This document shows, piece after piece, positions 41,514 to 50,546 of a DNA stretch of 60,595 nt. The stretch is taken from assembly GCA_964541305.1 (NCBI GenBank), contig CAZIPE010000004.1:1-60595 (forward strand), read 5' to 3'. The translations under genes and the position numbers were made by a program. Below the pieces are notes generated by a model. That model was not told the DNA's origin. It was given only the letters and a program-made list of their open reading frames with translations, and did not search any database. Source of the DNA: an uncultured Candidatus Saccharibacteria bacterium. Lineage in GTDB: Bacteria; Patescibacteriota; Saccharimonadia; Saccharimonadales; UBA7683. The first letter of the stretch is position 1, and each line of letters begins with the position of its first letter.

Positions 41514-41573
41514 ATCTGTTGTAACTCCTTGTTGGTTGATATTTTATTGTTCCTATTGTATCACATTGTGGGC

Positions 41574-41705
41574 TTATCCACACAAGATACGGTAGTTTCC
41601 ACAGGACTTCATCTGGAAACCCAATACTGTGGATAAGTGTGGTTCTTCGGTGTTTTTTTATCTGTAAGTATGGGGTTGTGGAAAAGTAGTGAACTTTTGT
41701 ATAGT
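41574..41705. promoter_or_regulatory. DnaA-box cluster and candidate dnaA promoter (possible oriC half)
   Basis: Perfect TTATCCACA at 41574..41582 and its inverted copy TGTGGATAA at 41628..41636. Near-consensus boxes lie at 41595..41603 (GTTTCCACA) and 41677..41685 (TGTGGAAAA). A TATAGT -10 candidate sits at 41700..41705. Confidence 0.55.
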
Positions 41706-41737
41706 TGAATGTAGTCACAAATGTGAGAGGGAACACA

Positions 41738-43060
41738 ATGCACGATGGGGTTTGGCGAGCGGTTTTAGCAGAGATTGAGGTCACTATTTCTCATGGCAAT
41801 TTTATCACCTGGTTCAAAAATACTGAGCTGATTGATGAAAGCAATGGTCATGTCACGATTGCCGTACCAAACGTGTTTGCTCGACAACAATTTGAAAGTA
41901 AGTACGACAGCACTATAAAAGAACTTCTCATTAAGCACGGCGTGCAGGTGACGCGTATTTCCTACGCTTTTTCCGGTTCAGCCAAAGCCAAGCAAGTTAC
42001 TCCCCCGCCACAAGCCGTGGTTCAACAACAATCTCGCCCATCCAAGCAGATTGCCCTCAACGAGCGCTACACCTTTGACACCTTTATTGTGGGTGCCGGC
42101 AACGAACTAGCCTATGCCGCCTGTCAGGCGATTGCCGCCAACCCAGGCACGAAGTATAACCCGATGTTTATTTACGGCGGAGTTGGTCTTGGCAAGACTC
42201 ACCTTATTCAAGCAGTGGGTAATGGTATTGTGCAAAACCGACCCGGTGCCAAAATTGTCTACGTTTCGACAGAAACCTTTATCAGTGAGTTCCTTGATAG
42301 TATCCGTTTTAAAAAGCAGGGTTTTGCCGATAAGTATCGTAGCGCTGATGTACTAATTGTTGACGACATTCAGTTTATCGCCGGTAAAGAAAAGACCCAG
42401 GAAGAGTTCTTCCACACCTTTAATGCGCTTCATCAATCGAACAAACAAATTATTCTCAGTAGCGATAAGTCTCCTAAAGCTATTCCTACCCTAGAGGAGC
42501 GACTACGCAGCCGTTTTGAGTGGGGTATGGCCATAGACATTCAACCACCAGACTTTGAAACCCGACAGGCAATCCTGCAAGCTAAGGCACATGTACACGG
42601 CGTAGAACTTGATCCAGAAGTTATTGAATACTTGGCAAAGAATATCCAGACAAATATTCGTGAACTCGAAGGGGCGCTCAATCAGCTTCTCGCCTTCTGT
42701 GAGCTAAGGCAACTCAAACCCGACCTCGCAACCGTACAAGCACTCCTAAAGGGCCGTCAACACCGCTCACGAAGTATTACGCCCAAGACAATAGTAGAGC
42801 GGACAGCTCAGCATTTTGACATCTCTATAAAGGAGATTATCGGGCCCAAGCGAGACAAGGACATTGTTGTCCCCCGCCAAGTCGCCATGTACCTGCTTCG
42901 CAACGAGCTTCACTTGAGCTTCCCCAAGATTGCCCGTGAACTCGGTCGATCCGACCACACCACTGCCCTTCATTCGGTAGATAAAATCGAGACTATGCTC
43001 GGCAGTGATTATGTTATGCGTCAACATATGGAAGAAATTAGGGAGAAATTGCATGTGTAA
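41738..43060 (+). CDS. dnaA: Chromosomal replication initiator protein DnaA
   Basis: Walker A GGVGLGKTHL, box VII/sensor motifs, and a C-terminal DNA-binding domain (RQVAMYLLR...DHTTALHS). I chose ATG 41738 rather than TTG 41705. Confidence 0.95.
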   Translation: MHDGVWRAVLAEIEVTISHGNFITWFKNTELIDESNGHVTIAVPNVFARQQFESKYDSTIKELLIKHGVQVTRISYAFSGSAKAKQVTPPPQAVVQQQSRPSKQIALNERYTFDTFIVGAGNELAYAACQAIAANPGTKYNPMFIYGGVGLGKTHLIQAVGNGIVQNRPGAKIVYVSTETFISEFLDSIRFKKQGFADKYRSADVLIVDDIQFIAGKEKTQEEFFHTFNALHQSNKQIILSSDKSPKAIPTLEERLRSRFEWGMAIDIQPPDFETRQAILQAKAHVHGVELDPEVIEYLAKNIQTNIRELEGALNQLLAFCELRQLKPDLATVQALLKGRQHRSRSITPKTIVERTAQHFDISIKEIIGPKRDKDIVVPRQVAMYLLRNELHLSFPKIARELGRSDHTTALHSVDKIETMLGSDYVMRQHMEEIREKLHV

Positions 43061-43321
43061 AAATTGTGTTCAAACCCAGGAAAACGGACGGAAAAAAATG
43101 GGGCAAACTCGCTCTTATACACAGCTACTCACATTTTTGTGTTCAATAAAAAAGCTATCCACTCTTTCTTGCAAAGCTTTGCCGCGACTTACGCACACAA
43201 AAAATATCGCTTCCTACCCCTGTGTATGCAGCGCCTTTTCCACCCTATCCACACCACCTACTATTACTACTATTTATATAAATAATACTAATAACAATAA
43301 GCAACCAATAAGGAGTATCTA
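43061..43321. promoter_or_regulatory. dnaA-dnaN intergenic region with degenerate DnaA boxes and an AT-rich stretch (candidate oriC/DUE)
   Basis: TTATACACA at 43115..43123, CTATCCACT at 43155..43163 and CTATCCACA at 43245..43253. About 45 nt of almost pure A/T with short TAC/TAT repeats follows (43259..43305). An AAGGAG SD at 43310..43315 precedes dnaN. Confidence 0.45.
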
Positions 43322-44419
43322 GTGAACATTCAATTAACCCAGCCTAATTTGCAAAAAGCACTCAGCACCATGTCACGTGTAGCTAGCAGCAAAACTGCCC
43401 TACCGATTCTCTCCAACGTACTTATTAAAACGACCGACGAAGGCATTGAATTCTCGGCTACCAATCTTGAGGTAGCCGTTACCCACAAAGCAAGTGGAAA
43501 AGTCACTAAACCCGGTCAACTCACCGTTCCGGCCCGTCTGTTACATGAATTCATTACCCAACTCCCCAAAGATACTACCGTTTCTTTGGCGTTTGAAAAG
43601 AACAAGCTAGCCATAAAAGCTGGTACCTATAGCTCACACATCCAAGCGACTGCAGTTGACGACTTCCCCGCCCTTCCTGAAGTTCCCACAAAAAACAGTA
43701 TCGACGTAAATGCTCAGCTCCTTCAGGAGGCACTCACAAAAACAATCCTTGCCTCATCCCACGACGAGACCCGTCCGATTCTGACTGGTGTATATATCCA
43801 CACCTTCAAAGACCAGCTCTATTTTACCGCTACAGACGGCTATCGATTGGCAGAAATGAAGGTCGGCCCATGTTCGAGTACTATCGAGTGTGTGGTGCCC
43901 TTACAGGCGCTTCAGGACGTACTTAAAATTGCTCAAGACGCCGATAGTGAAACCTGCCAATTATTTTTCAGTGATGGCCAGTTCGCCATAAAGACGGGCG
44001 ATACTCAGCTGATGAGTCGACTTGTTGAAGGACAGTACCCCGAATATCGAAAGCTTATTCCTGAGAACAGTGAGATATCGTGTGAGGTAAGTCGAGAAGA
44101 ACTACAGACGGCCGCAAAACTAGCAGGGCTGTTTTCTCGAGAGAGTGGCGGTAGCATTACTCTCACCGCCTCCGGAGAGGATCAAAAATTTACTGTAGCT
44201 TCTGTTGCTTCTCAGGTTGGAGACAACAGTTCACATATTGATGCGAAAGTTACCGGTAGTGGCGATGTAGTGGTGAATGTCCGCTACCTTAATGATGCGC
44301 TCAGCTGTTTTGGGAGCAAACTCATCACCTTCCGGTTTGGTGGCTCGCTTGCCCCGTGTGTATTAACAGCAAAAGAAGAACCTAACTACCAACACATAGT
44401 TATGCCGCTTAAAAGCTAA
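43322..44419 (+). CDS. dnaN: DNA polymerase III beta sliding clamp
   Basis: GTG start behind AAGGAG. Three-domain clamp pattern (LSNVLIKT..., ATDGYRLA..., MPLK end). Confidence 0.95.
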   Translation: MNIQLTQPNLQKALSTMSRVASSKTALPILSNVLIKTTDEGIEFSATNLEVAVTHKASGKVTKPGQLTVPARLLHEFITQLPKDTTVSLAFEKNKLAIKAGTYSSHIQATAVDDFPALPEVPTKNSIDVNAQLLQEALTKTILASSHDETRPILTGVYIHTFKDQLYFTATDGYRLAEMKVGPCSSTIECVVPLQALQDVLKIAQDADSETCQLFFSDGQFAIKTGDTQLMSRLVEGQYPEYRKLIPENSEISCEVSREELQTAAKLAGLFSRESGGSITLTASGEDQKFTVASVASQVGDNSSHIDAKVTGSGDVVVNVRYLNDALSCFGSKLITFRFGGSLAPCVLTAKEEPNYQHIVMPLKS

Positions 44420-45965
44420 TAAATTCTTCTGCAGTCCTTAGGTCGGTATCGACATATAGTTTAGTATTTTTGATACCGATGCTTTCCAGGTATTTTTGTG
44501 CCTCTATTTTTCGTCTGGTTATTTCTTGTTCCTTCTTTTGTTTGTCTTCATATAAGGGGTCATTTGGTCCTTTAGCAAGAGGATATAGGTAGATCACACC
44601 ATTAAATGCATCAAGATGGTATGTGCTTTTTGTGCAGGGAATAGCATCACTGATAACCCGAGCTTCTTTATTTGAATCAGAATTTATAAGAAAAACCATC
44701 CTACCCGGATCTATATTCTTTCCGGGAGTTTTTAGATAAGCACTCAACTTAATCTTATTGTTAGACAGTACTTGATATGTAGAGTAACTAAGTAGAGGGC
44801 TTTGAAATAAACTATATGCAGAATTATTCTCTATGTTTAATGCCCTCAGGCCAAGTGTTGGGTCGAGGTAAGAAAGAGTGTCACCGTTTAGCCACTGAGT
44901 ATCAAGATCGGTATTATCAAAATTAACCCCCCCTATTTGTTTTCCGTTGCCATCTAAGACGACCACTCGTTTATCGCTAGTTGATAATGCGACTAGGTTA
45001 TTATCAGGTGATAAGACTATCCTTGAGACAGAATAATTTGAGTCCTTCTTGAAGCTTTTCACTTTGTTAGTTGAAGGACTAAGATAGGTAACAGAATACT
45101 CTGCACTTGAATCCTTTTCATCTTCCCTATACTCTTCTAACGAGGGATCGAATACCTTGCCGCTATATGCAACGAGCGTGCCGTTACGGTAATCTGCTAG
45201 GCCTGTTTCGTATAGTTTAGTACCAGGAGACAAACCCAGTCTCTTACTAGTGGTTAGGTCACCACTGTAGTATCGTGTCTCACTTTTTGTGCTTACAATA
45301 AAGCTATCCTCCGTTTGATTAGAGAAGAAGCCAATTTTATTCAAATCCTCATAGGGTATGATCGGACTACTTTTTAAAACGAATAGCTTGTTCGTTTTTG
45401 GGTTAAGCGCAGCAAGTACATTACCATCACCCTCTCGATTATAGGTTGTTCCTAAAAAAAGCGACTGAGTCGACGCTAGTGCCTCGAAGTGGGCAACGGT
45501 GTTAGTTGGTTCGTCGGAGCTGTAAGGGAATCTGTTCGTAGGACTGTGCTTAGTAAAAGAACTTTTAGGCCCACTGTCTCCTAGCTTCATAGTGTATACG
45601 GTCTTATCTGATAAAACGCTTAGCTCATCGGTGTTATTAGCCAGTTTAACACCGGCCAACTGTTGACCAACAAAAGGCTTAACCTGTACTGAACTCATGA
45701 ATCGAGGCACTTTTACTTCTACGGTGTAGTTGCCCGTATTGTTCGATAGATTCAACAGGTAGGTGCCGCTTTTTAATGGTCTTCCTATACTGTAGTTCTC
45801 GAAAGAGCCCTTAAGGGGCTTGATTGTTGCCACCCACGACGTATTACTATCTATAACAATCCTGCCGTGACTGGCTACCCAAAAGAAAGTGCCTGCAACT
45901 ATTGCAACAACAAACAACAAAATGGCGTATCGACCAAACCTACTTTTCAGTGAAGACATTATCAT
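44409..45965 (-). CDS. N-terminally anchored, beta-rich extracytoplasmic protein; last gene of the T4SS-like operon
   Basis: A single N-terminal TM (YAILLFVVAIVAGTFFWVA), then ~480 aa rich in short beta-strand repeats (propeller-like). Its start overlaps the upstream stop (ATGA). Its 3' end overlaps dnaN by 11 nt. Confidence 0.5.
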   Translation of the reverse strand: MIMSSLKSRFGRYAILLFVVAIVAGTFFWVASHGRIVIDSNTSWVATIKPLKGSFENYSIGRPLKSGTYLLNLSNNTGNYTVEVKVPRFMSSVQVKPFVGQQLAGVKLANNTDELSVLSDKTVYTMKLGDSGPKSSFTKHSPTNRFPYSSDEPTNTVAHFEALASTQSLFLGTTYNREGDGNVLAALNPKTNKLFVLKSSPIIPYEDLNKIGFFSNQTEDSFIVSTKSETRYYSGDLTTSKRLGLSPGTKLYETGLADYRNGTLVAYSGKVFDPSLEEYREDEKDSSAEYSVTYLSPSTNKVKSFKKDSNYSVSRIVLSPDNNLVALSTSDKRVVVLDGNGKQIGGVNFDNTDLDTQWLNGDTLSYLDPTLGLRALNIENNSAYSLFQSPLLSYSTYQVLSNNKIKLSAYLKTPGKNIDPGRMVFLINSDSNKEARVISDAIPCTKSTYHLDAFNGVIYLYPLAKGPNDPLYEDKQKKEQEITRRKIEAQKYLESIGIKNTKLYVDTDLRTAEEFISF

Positions 45966-47428
45966 TCCGGTAGTCCACCATAGGCCTTGATAAGAACTGG
46001 CTGGACATTAAGAAATGCATATCCACTACACGCGGCACCACTACATCCTGGCCGATTGGTTGCGGGTGGTGGTTGCATGTCAAAATGGAGATGTGGGGCG
46101 GTACCACACGCCTTTTCACCCACCTGTCCGAGAGGTGTCGCTGCTTCAACAGACTGTCCTTTAGCTACCTTTATCGATCCGAGCTGCATGTGGGTGTAAT
46201 AGTATACATTACTGTCTGAACCAAGAATAACAACGCTAGAACCACAACTACTAGCCCTATCTCTAGACAATACAACAGTCCCCTCCTTAGCTGCTATTAC
46301 AACCGTCCCTACTGGCACATGTATATCCGCTGCATTATAGTCATGATGACAGTTTGCTTGACTAGAATAACACCATATTCCACCACCTACACCAGTTTTG
46401 ATGGCACCCTTCGTGGTTACTAGAGGAAATGTGAAGCCGTCAACTTCTGCGACACCACCCCCTCTACCACCCGGAGTCCCATCATCACAACCACTGCCCG
46501 AAGACGAATCACCACCCGTTTCTGTTTCTTTGTCAGGACTTGCTTCATTGCCAGAGCTATCACCAGAATTATCGTTTTCTACAGGCGCTCCTCCGCCGTA
46601 AACCAGCTTACTCGGATCCCTAGCTCCTGTGCGCTGTTCATATGCCTCAGTACCAATAATTGTTGATGCCCTATTACGATAGTTTGATTTCATTCCCCTT
46701 AAAAAACCCATCATTTTTTGGTAATAAGCTTCTTCGCCATCTATCTTATTTTGCTCTGCCCACCATCCATTGCCCGGGAATTGCGTGTAGTGCGTGTAGT
46801 TGTACAGTACTTTAGATGCGTCAGAATTTTTGTCGAGAAGAGCTTCAATAATTCGAGTGTACCTAGGCAACAACATGGTTCCACCAGTAGCCTTTATGCC
46901 GACATCAAAACTTGCATATGCCTGACGTCCGTCACCACCTCCATTAGCGTAGGGCATCGCTTCAGGATCGTCACGAAGAGCACTAGTATTAAAGAGGTTA
47001 AATACCGACCTGTTATTGATGTCGCCACCCTCACCCCAGGCGAAGGCGAGGAGTGCTGCGGCGTGTTCCTCGGTAACAACATCTTCTCTTGGTGCCCCCT
47101 TGAAATCTGCTATATACTTCAATACTTCAATGATATACTGCTCCATAATGTAGGGACCTTCAATCCCACTGTTCCAAGCAACGAAAGTCTCTCCCGCACT
47201 TGGGCTTCCGCCGGTTCCACCACCCGTAGCGCATTTCCCGTTTTCATCATCACCATTTGATCTATATGCTGGCCAACCACTCCTCAAATCCTTAAGGTCA
47301 CTATCTGATATGGCATTAATAACGCCAGTGTTAGTTGCCGACAGCACCAAGATGACAAGGGTATACAATAATCTATGCAGTGCCTTTTTAGAAGCGCACA
47401 TTCTAAAGAAGTGTGTAATCAATGACAT
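45962..47428 (-). CDS. Secreted two-domain protein with a C-terminal M23 (LytM-type) metallopeptidase
   Basis: Signal/anchor sequence, an unknown ~270-aa N-domain, a Gly/Ser/Asp linker, then M23 motifs HHDYNAADIH and APHLHFD. Confidence 0.8.
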   Translation of the reverse strand: MSLITHFFRMCASKKALHRLLYTLVILVLSATNTGVINAISDSDLKDLRSGWPAYRSNGDDENGKCATGGGTGGSPSAGETFVAWNSGIEGPYIMEQYIIEVLKYIADFKGAPREDVVTEEHAAALLAFAWGEGGDINNRSVFNLFNTSALRDDPEAMPYANGGGDGRQAYASFDVGIKATGGTMLLPRYTRIIEALLDKNSDASKVLYNYTHYTQFPGNGWWAEQNKIDGEEAYYQKMMGFLRGMKSNYRNRASTIIGTEAYEQRTGARDPSKLVYGGGAPVENDNSGDSSGNEASPDKETETGGDSSSGSGCDDGTPGGRGGGVAEVDGFTFPLVTTKGAIKTGVGGGIWCYSSQANCHHDYNAADIHVPVGTVVIAAKEGTVVLSRDRASSCGSSVVILGSDSNVYYYTHMQLGSIKVAKGQSVEAATPLGQVGEKACGTAPHLHFDMQPPPATNRPGCSGAACSGYAFLNVQPVLIKAYGGLPE

Positions 47429-50400
47429 TAGGGCACCCCGATATGAATGTGGTTACAACTATCCGTATGAAGACGAACCTGATTTATTGGGTTAATTGGA
47501 ATGTTTGAACAGTTCACTTCACCCATTGAAGACCCATCTGGTAATATGCCGGTTATCGCCTGCATAAACGGCCTGTCTGAGTCGCCACCAGTGGCCCTCC
47601 TGCCGTTTACAGTATTTATATCTGCAGCCCGTCCTTTGTAGTGAAGTGATCCCGAGGTATGACAGCCGTTTGTAATATACCCATACCCTACAGCGTAACT
47701 CTCACTTATTTTAAGCATTACCCCTAGTAGGGTTTCACTGATCGGCGTAGAAGAGCCTGCATTACACCTTGCTTCTATTGCAGCTGGTTTTCCTTGTGCT
47801 ATAGCCTCAATTCCAGCTCTTGCTAACGGGGTTGTAAAGGTTATGTTAGGGGTGTCAAGAATTTTTTGAGCAAGACTTTGCGCGTCTCCAGAAGGGAGCT
47901 CACCGTTAGACCCACCCGAATCACCACCCCCACCATCTGTACCAGAGGGGCTGGTGCTACTCACGTTTTGTAGGTCAATAAGTTGTCCAAGCGTTCCTTG
48001 ATCGGGATCCACTTTTTGTGCATCGTCACTTAACCCACCATCCTTTCGATAGAGGCGATACCGGAAAGCACCCTCTGTTTTCATTGCAGACTCACAATAT
48101 TTTCTTACTGTTCTACCATCACGGACTTTATTCAGACCGTACAGATATAGAGGTGTTTCGAAACAGACATTATATGCCTCGTGTAAATCTAACAATCGTC
48201 TACCTTGTTCTACCCATCTCGCATTCTCTCTTGGCCAGTACGACGGTTCCTGCATCTTGGCCAGCTCAGCTTCGCTCCAGCCCACACTAATGGTGCCATA
48301 GGCTCGTGGATTATTGTATTCATCACCACCAACTGCATATACCAATCCTGAACCCGAGCTTGTGGCTATAGCCATCCTGTTTTGTGCGTTTGCAATTGAG
48401 GCTAACGGATTTAATGATTTGAAAGCAAACTGTCGCGTCTTTTCCAGTAGACTGCTTGGTCCAGTGGGGAAAGAAACAGCAAACTGACTACCCGTAGAGT
48501 ATGGGTTATCTAAACTTGCAAGCCGATGCCAGAGTGATTTCTTCTGCAGTAGAGCTGTTCGCCGCTCTTTTGTTACTTGATCGAGACGACCCAGTTCTTG
48601 GACGCTTAATTCTCTGCCTCCGCCCTGTAAACCCTCTTGGTTGGATAGTAACTTAAATCCGGCATCTTGTTTTCCGATTAATCGACGCTGATCATCAGTT
48701 CCAGGCTGACTTGTTCCTTTGAGTTGTTCAAGAAAGATATTAAACGCGGCTGCAATACCAAACTGTGTGGCTACCTCAACAGATCCTTTTTTTACGAATG
48801 CCAACGAGAACCTCTTCAGAGATTCTTTAAAGGTTAATTTTACGGCAGTCTCAACTCCAACTTTTGCTCCCGTACTGGCTGCGGCACTTGTTCCTCCGCT
48901 TGGAATCGCAGCAGCGGCCTGGAGGGCTACTTCGCCTATAGCAAGTATGAGTTGCCCAGCATTACTGTTTAACGCCTTACATACCCGAGCAATGTATGCG
49001 TTAACAACATCCTGTACCGCGTCTCCAACCCCAGGGATCCAGCCTGCGACACCTTGTAGGGCTGTGATGCCAGTCGCCCCTTCGACAATAGCAACTATTG
49101 CCGCAAAGAACTTGTAAATAATAGTGTCGGTATCAACACGAGGGCTATCAGCGATATCAATATCTTCAGATTTATCACTTAGTGTTTCAACACCAACAGC
49201 ACGTTGATAAGCGTATGATTCTTCAAAACTCCCTTGACGCTTGACTTCGGCGTCAACCGCTTCAGCCGTAGTGTCGCCGTTTGCTGTTTGGTCTGCTGCA
49301 CTGGATAGTAGCGCGGCACCCCGCATCATCTCATCGGATTTATTTTTTGCAACAGATGGGAGCTGGGTCATATAGTCTTTTGCGCCACAATATAATGTTC
49401 CAACCAGTGCCGCGATACTTACCTTTCCCGCTATTTGTCGGATAGTAGATTGTCCAACAGATCTTGCCGATGCCTTGGCAGCAGCGCGCGTAACGTCATC
49501 AGTGCTGTCTAGTTCTTCAGCAAATTCCTTAGCGAATTTCTCGCCACCCTCCTCTACTGGTGGCAGGCTACTGTTCAGTTTTCTGGTTGTCATTCTCTCA
49601 TAGGCGCTAAGAATTGCATCTTTAAACGTCTTTATTTTCCGTGCTTTGTTTGCCCAGTAACTGAGCCTAATGTTAGCTGATTCCATAATAGCGTTGGCGG
49701 TCTTGGTGCGATAAAACCTACTTTCTTCGGCAAAAAGGCTTGATTCTTGCATGGCAAGGTCAAGCTCTTTTAGTAGTTTCTTGTCATTTTTATAGTTACC
49801 AACAAAATTCACTTTTGAACTTTGCGAGAGCTTAATTTCTTGCCCTCCAACAGTTATGCTAGTAATTCCCTGCTTGGGACCCCTTACCCACCGGTTTTTA
49901 ACGGTTCCAGTATTGAATGTTAGTGCATCGGCGTCACCCAGTGTCTTGAGTGATTTCTGTGCATCAAAACGGGACAGCCTATCAAGTACACTTCTTCTCC
50001 CAAGAGCATTTAGTCGTGCACCCCCAGTAGACTCCTCGACTGATTCTTGCAGTGCATACTGTGTCGATCTTTTATAGTTCGCTAGATGTAGTCTCGCGAA
50101 ATTATATGTCTGAAGTACTTGTGCAAGTTGTCTCACTCCGAGCCCACTACTCAAAAACATTATTAAGAAAATGAGCGCAATGATTGCTCCGCCACCACCA
50201 AGCCCACCAGCGGCTATCAGCACCTTCTTTTTAGTTGATGCCTTTTTGAATATACTACTTAGCTTTCCTATTTTCCCATCACCCCCGGACTTCAACAAGC
50301 TTGACTTCTCTGTACCAGAAGTACTTGACGTTATATCGCTACCGCTACTCTCAGCATTCAGCAAAGCATCACGGTCTTGGTCTCCTGTGTATCTAAAACC

Positions 50401-50544
50401 GTCACTGATTCCCGCATCAATTTGGTCGTCCAGAGCTTTGTTCTCTGGGCTATTGACCATTTTGTTAAATTCTTCCTCGTACTTGCTCTGAGCTGGGTTT
50501 CTATCCGGGTCGAAATCTATCTCATTATCAAGCTTTGTCTTCAT
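47428..50544 (-). CDS. 1038-aa membrane-anchored protein with a C-terminal LAS/M15-type (VanY/Hedgehog-fold) zinc peptidase domain
   Basis: TM at about aa 110-135 (GGGGAIIALIFLIMFL). A long helical/hydrophobic middle is followed by a poly-Gly/Ser linker. The C-terminal motifs are SLHYKGRAADI (H-x6-D) and NHIHIG (HxH). Confidence 0.65.
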   Translation of the reverse strand: MKTKLDNEIDFDPDRNPAQSKYEEEFNKMVNSPENKALDDQIDAGISDGFRYTGDQDRDALLNAESSGSDITSSTSGTEKSSLLKSGGDGKIGKLSSIFKKASTKKKVLIAAGGLGGGGAIIALIFLIMFLSSGLGVRQLAQVLQTYNFARLHLANYKRSTQYALQESVEESTGGARLNALGRRSVLDRLSRFDAQKSLKTLGDADALTFNTGTVKNRWVRGPKQGITSITVGGQEIKLSQSSKVNFVGNYKNDKKLLKELDLAMQESSLFAEESRFYRTKTANAIMESANIRLSYWANKARKIKTFKDAILSAYERMTTRKLNSSLPPVEEGGEKFAKEFAEELDSTDDVTRAAAKASARSVGQSTIRQIAGKVSIAALVGTLYCGAKDYMTQLPSVAKNKSDEMMRGAALLSSAADQTANGDTTAEAVDAEVKRQGSFEESYAYQRAVGVETLSDKSEDIDIADSPRVDTDTIIYKFFAAIVAIVEGATGITALQGVAGWIPGVGDAVQDVVNAYIARVCKALNSNAGQLILAIGEVALQAAAAIPSGGTSAAASTGAKVGVETAVKLTFKESLKRFSLAFVKKGSVEVATQFGIAAAFNIFLEQLKGTSQPGTDDQRRLIGKQDAGFKLLSNQEGLQGGGRELSVQELGRLDQVTKERRTALLQKKSLWHRLASLDNPYSTGSQFAVSFPTGPSSLLEKTRQFAFKSLNPLASIANAQNRMAIATSSGSGLVYAVGGDEYNNPRAYGTISVGWSEAELAKMQEPSYWPRENARWVEQGRRLLDLHEAYNVCFETPLYLYGLNKVRDGRTVRKYCESAMKTEGAFRYRLYRKDGGLSDDAQKVDPDQGTLGQLIDLQNVSSTSPSGTDGGGGDSGGSNGELPSGDAQSLAQKILDTPNITFTTPLARAGIEAIAQGKPAAIEARCNAGSSTPISETLLGVMLKISESYAVGYGYITNGCHTSGSLHYKGRAADINTVNGRRATGGDSDRPFMQAITGILPDGSSMGEVNCSNIPINPINQVRLHTDSCNHIHIGVP

Positions 50545-50546
50545 TC

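Noticed and set aside
41383-41784. 133-aa minus-strand ORF from the track, spanning the rpmH-dnaA intergenic region
   Set aside because: It has no recognisable protein pattern and runs through the DnaA-box cluster. A different frame of the same strand encodes a textbook L34 (41376..41513), so I treat this as a spurious read-through ORF.
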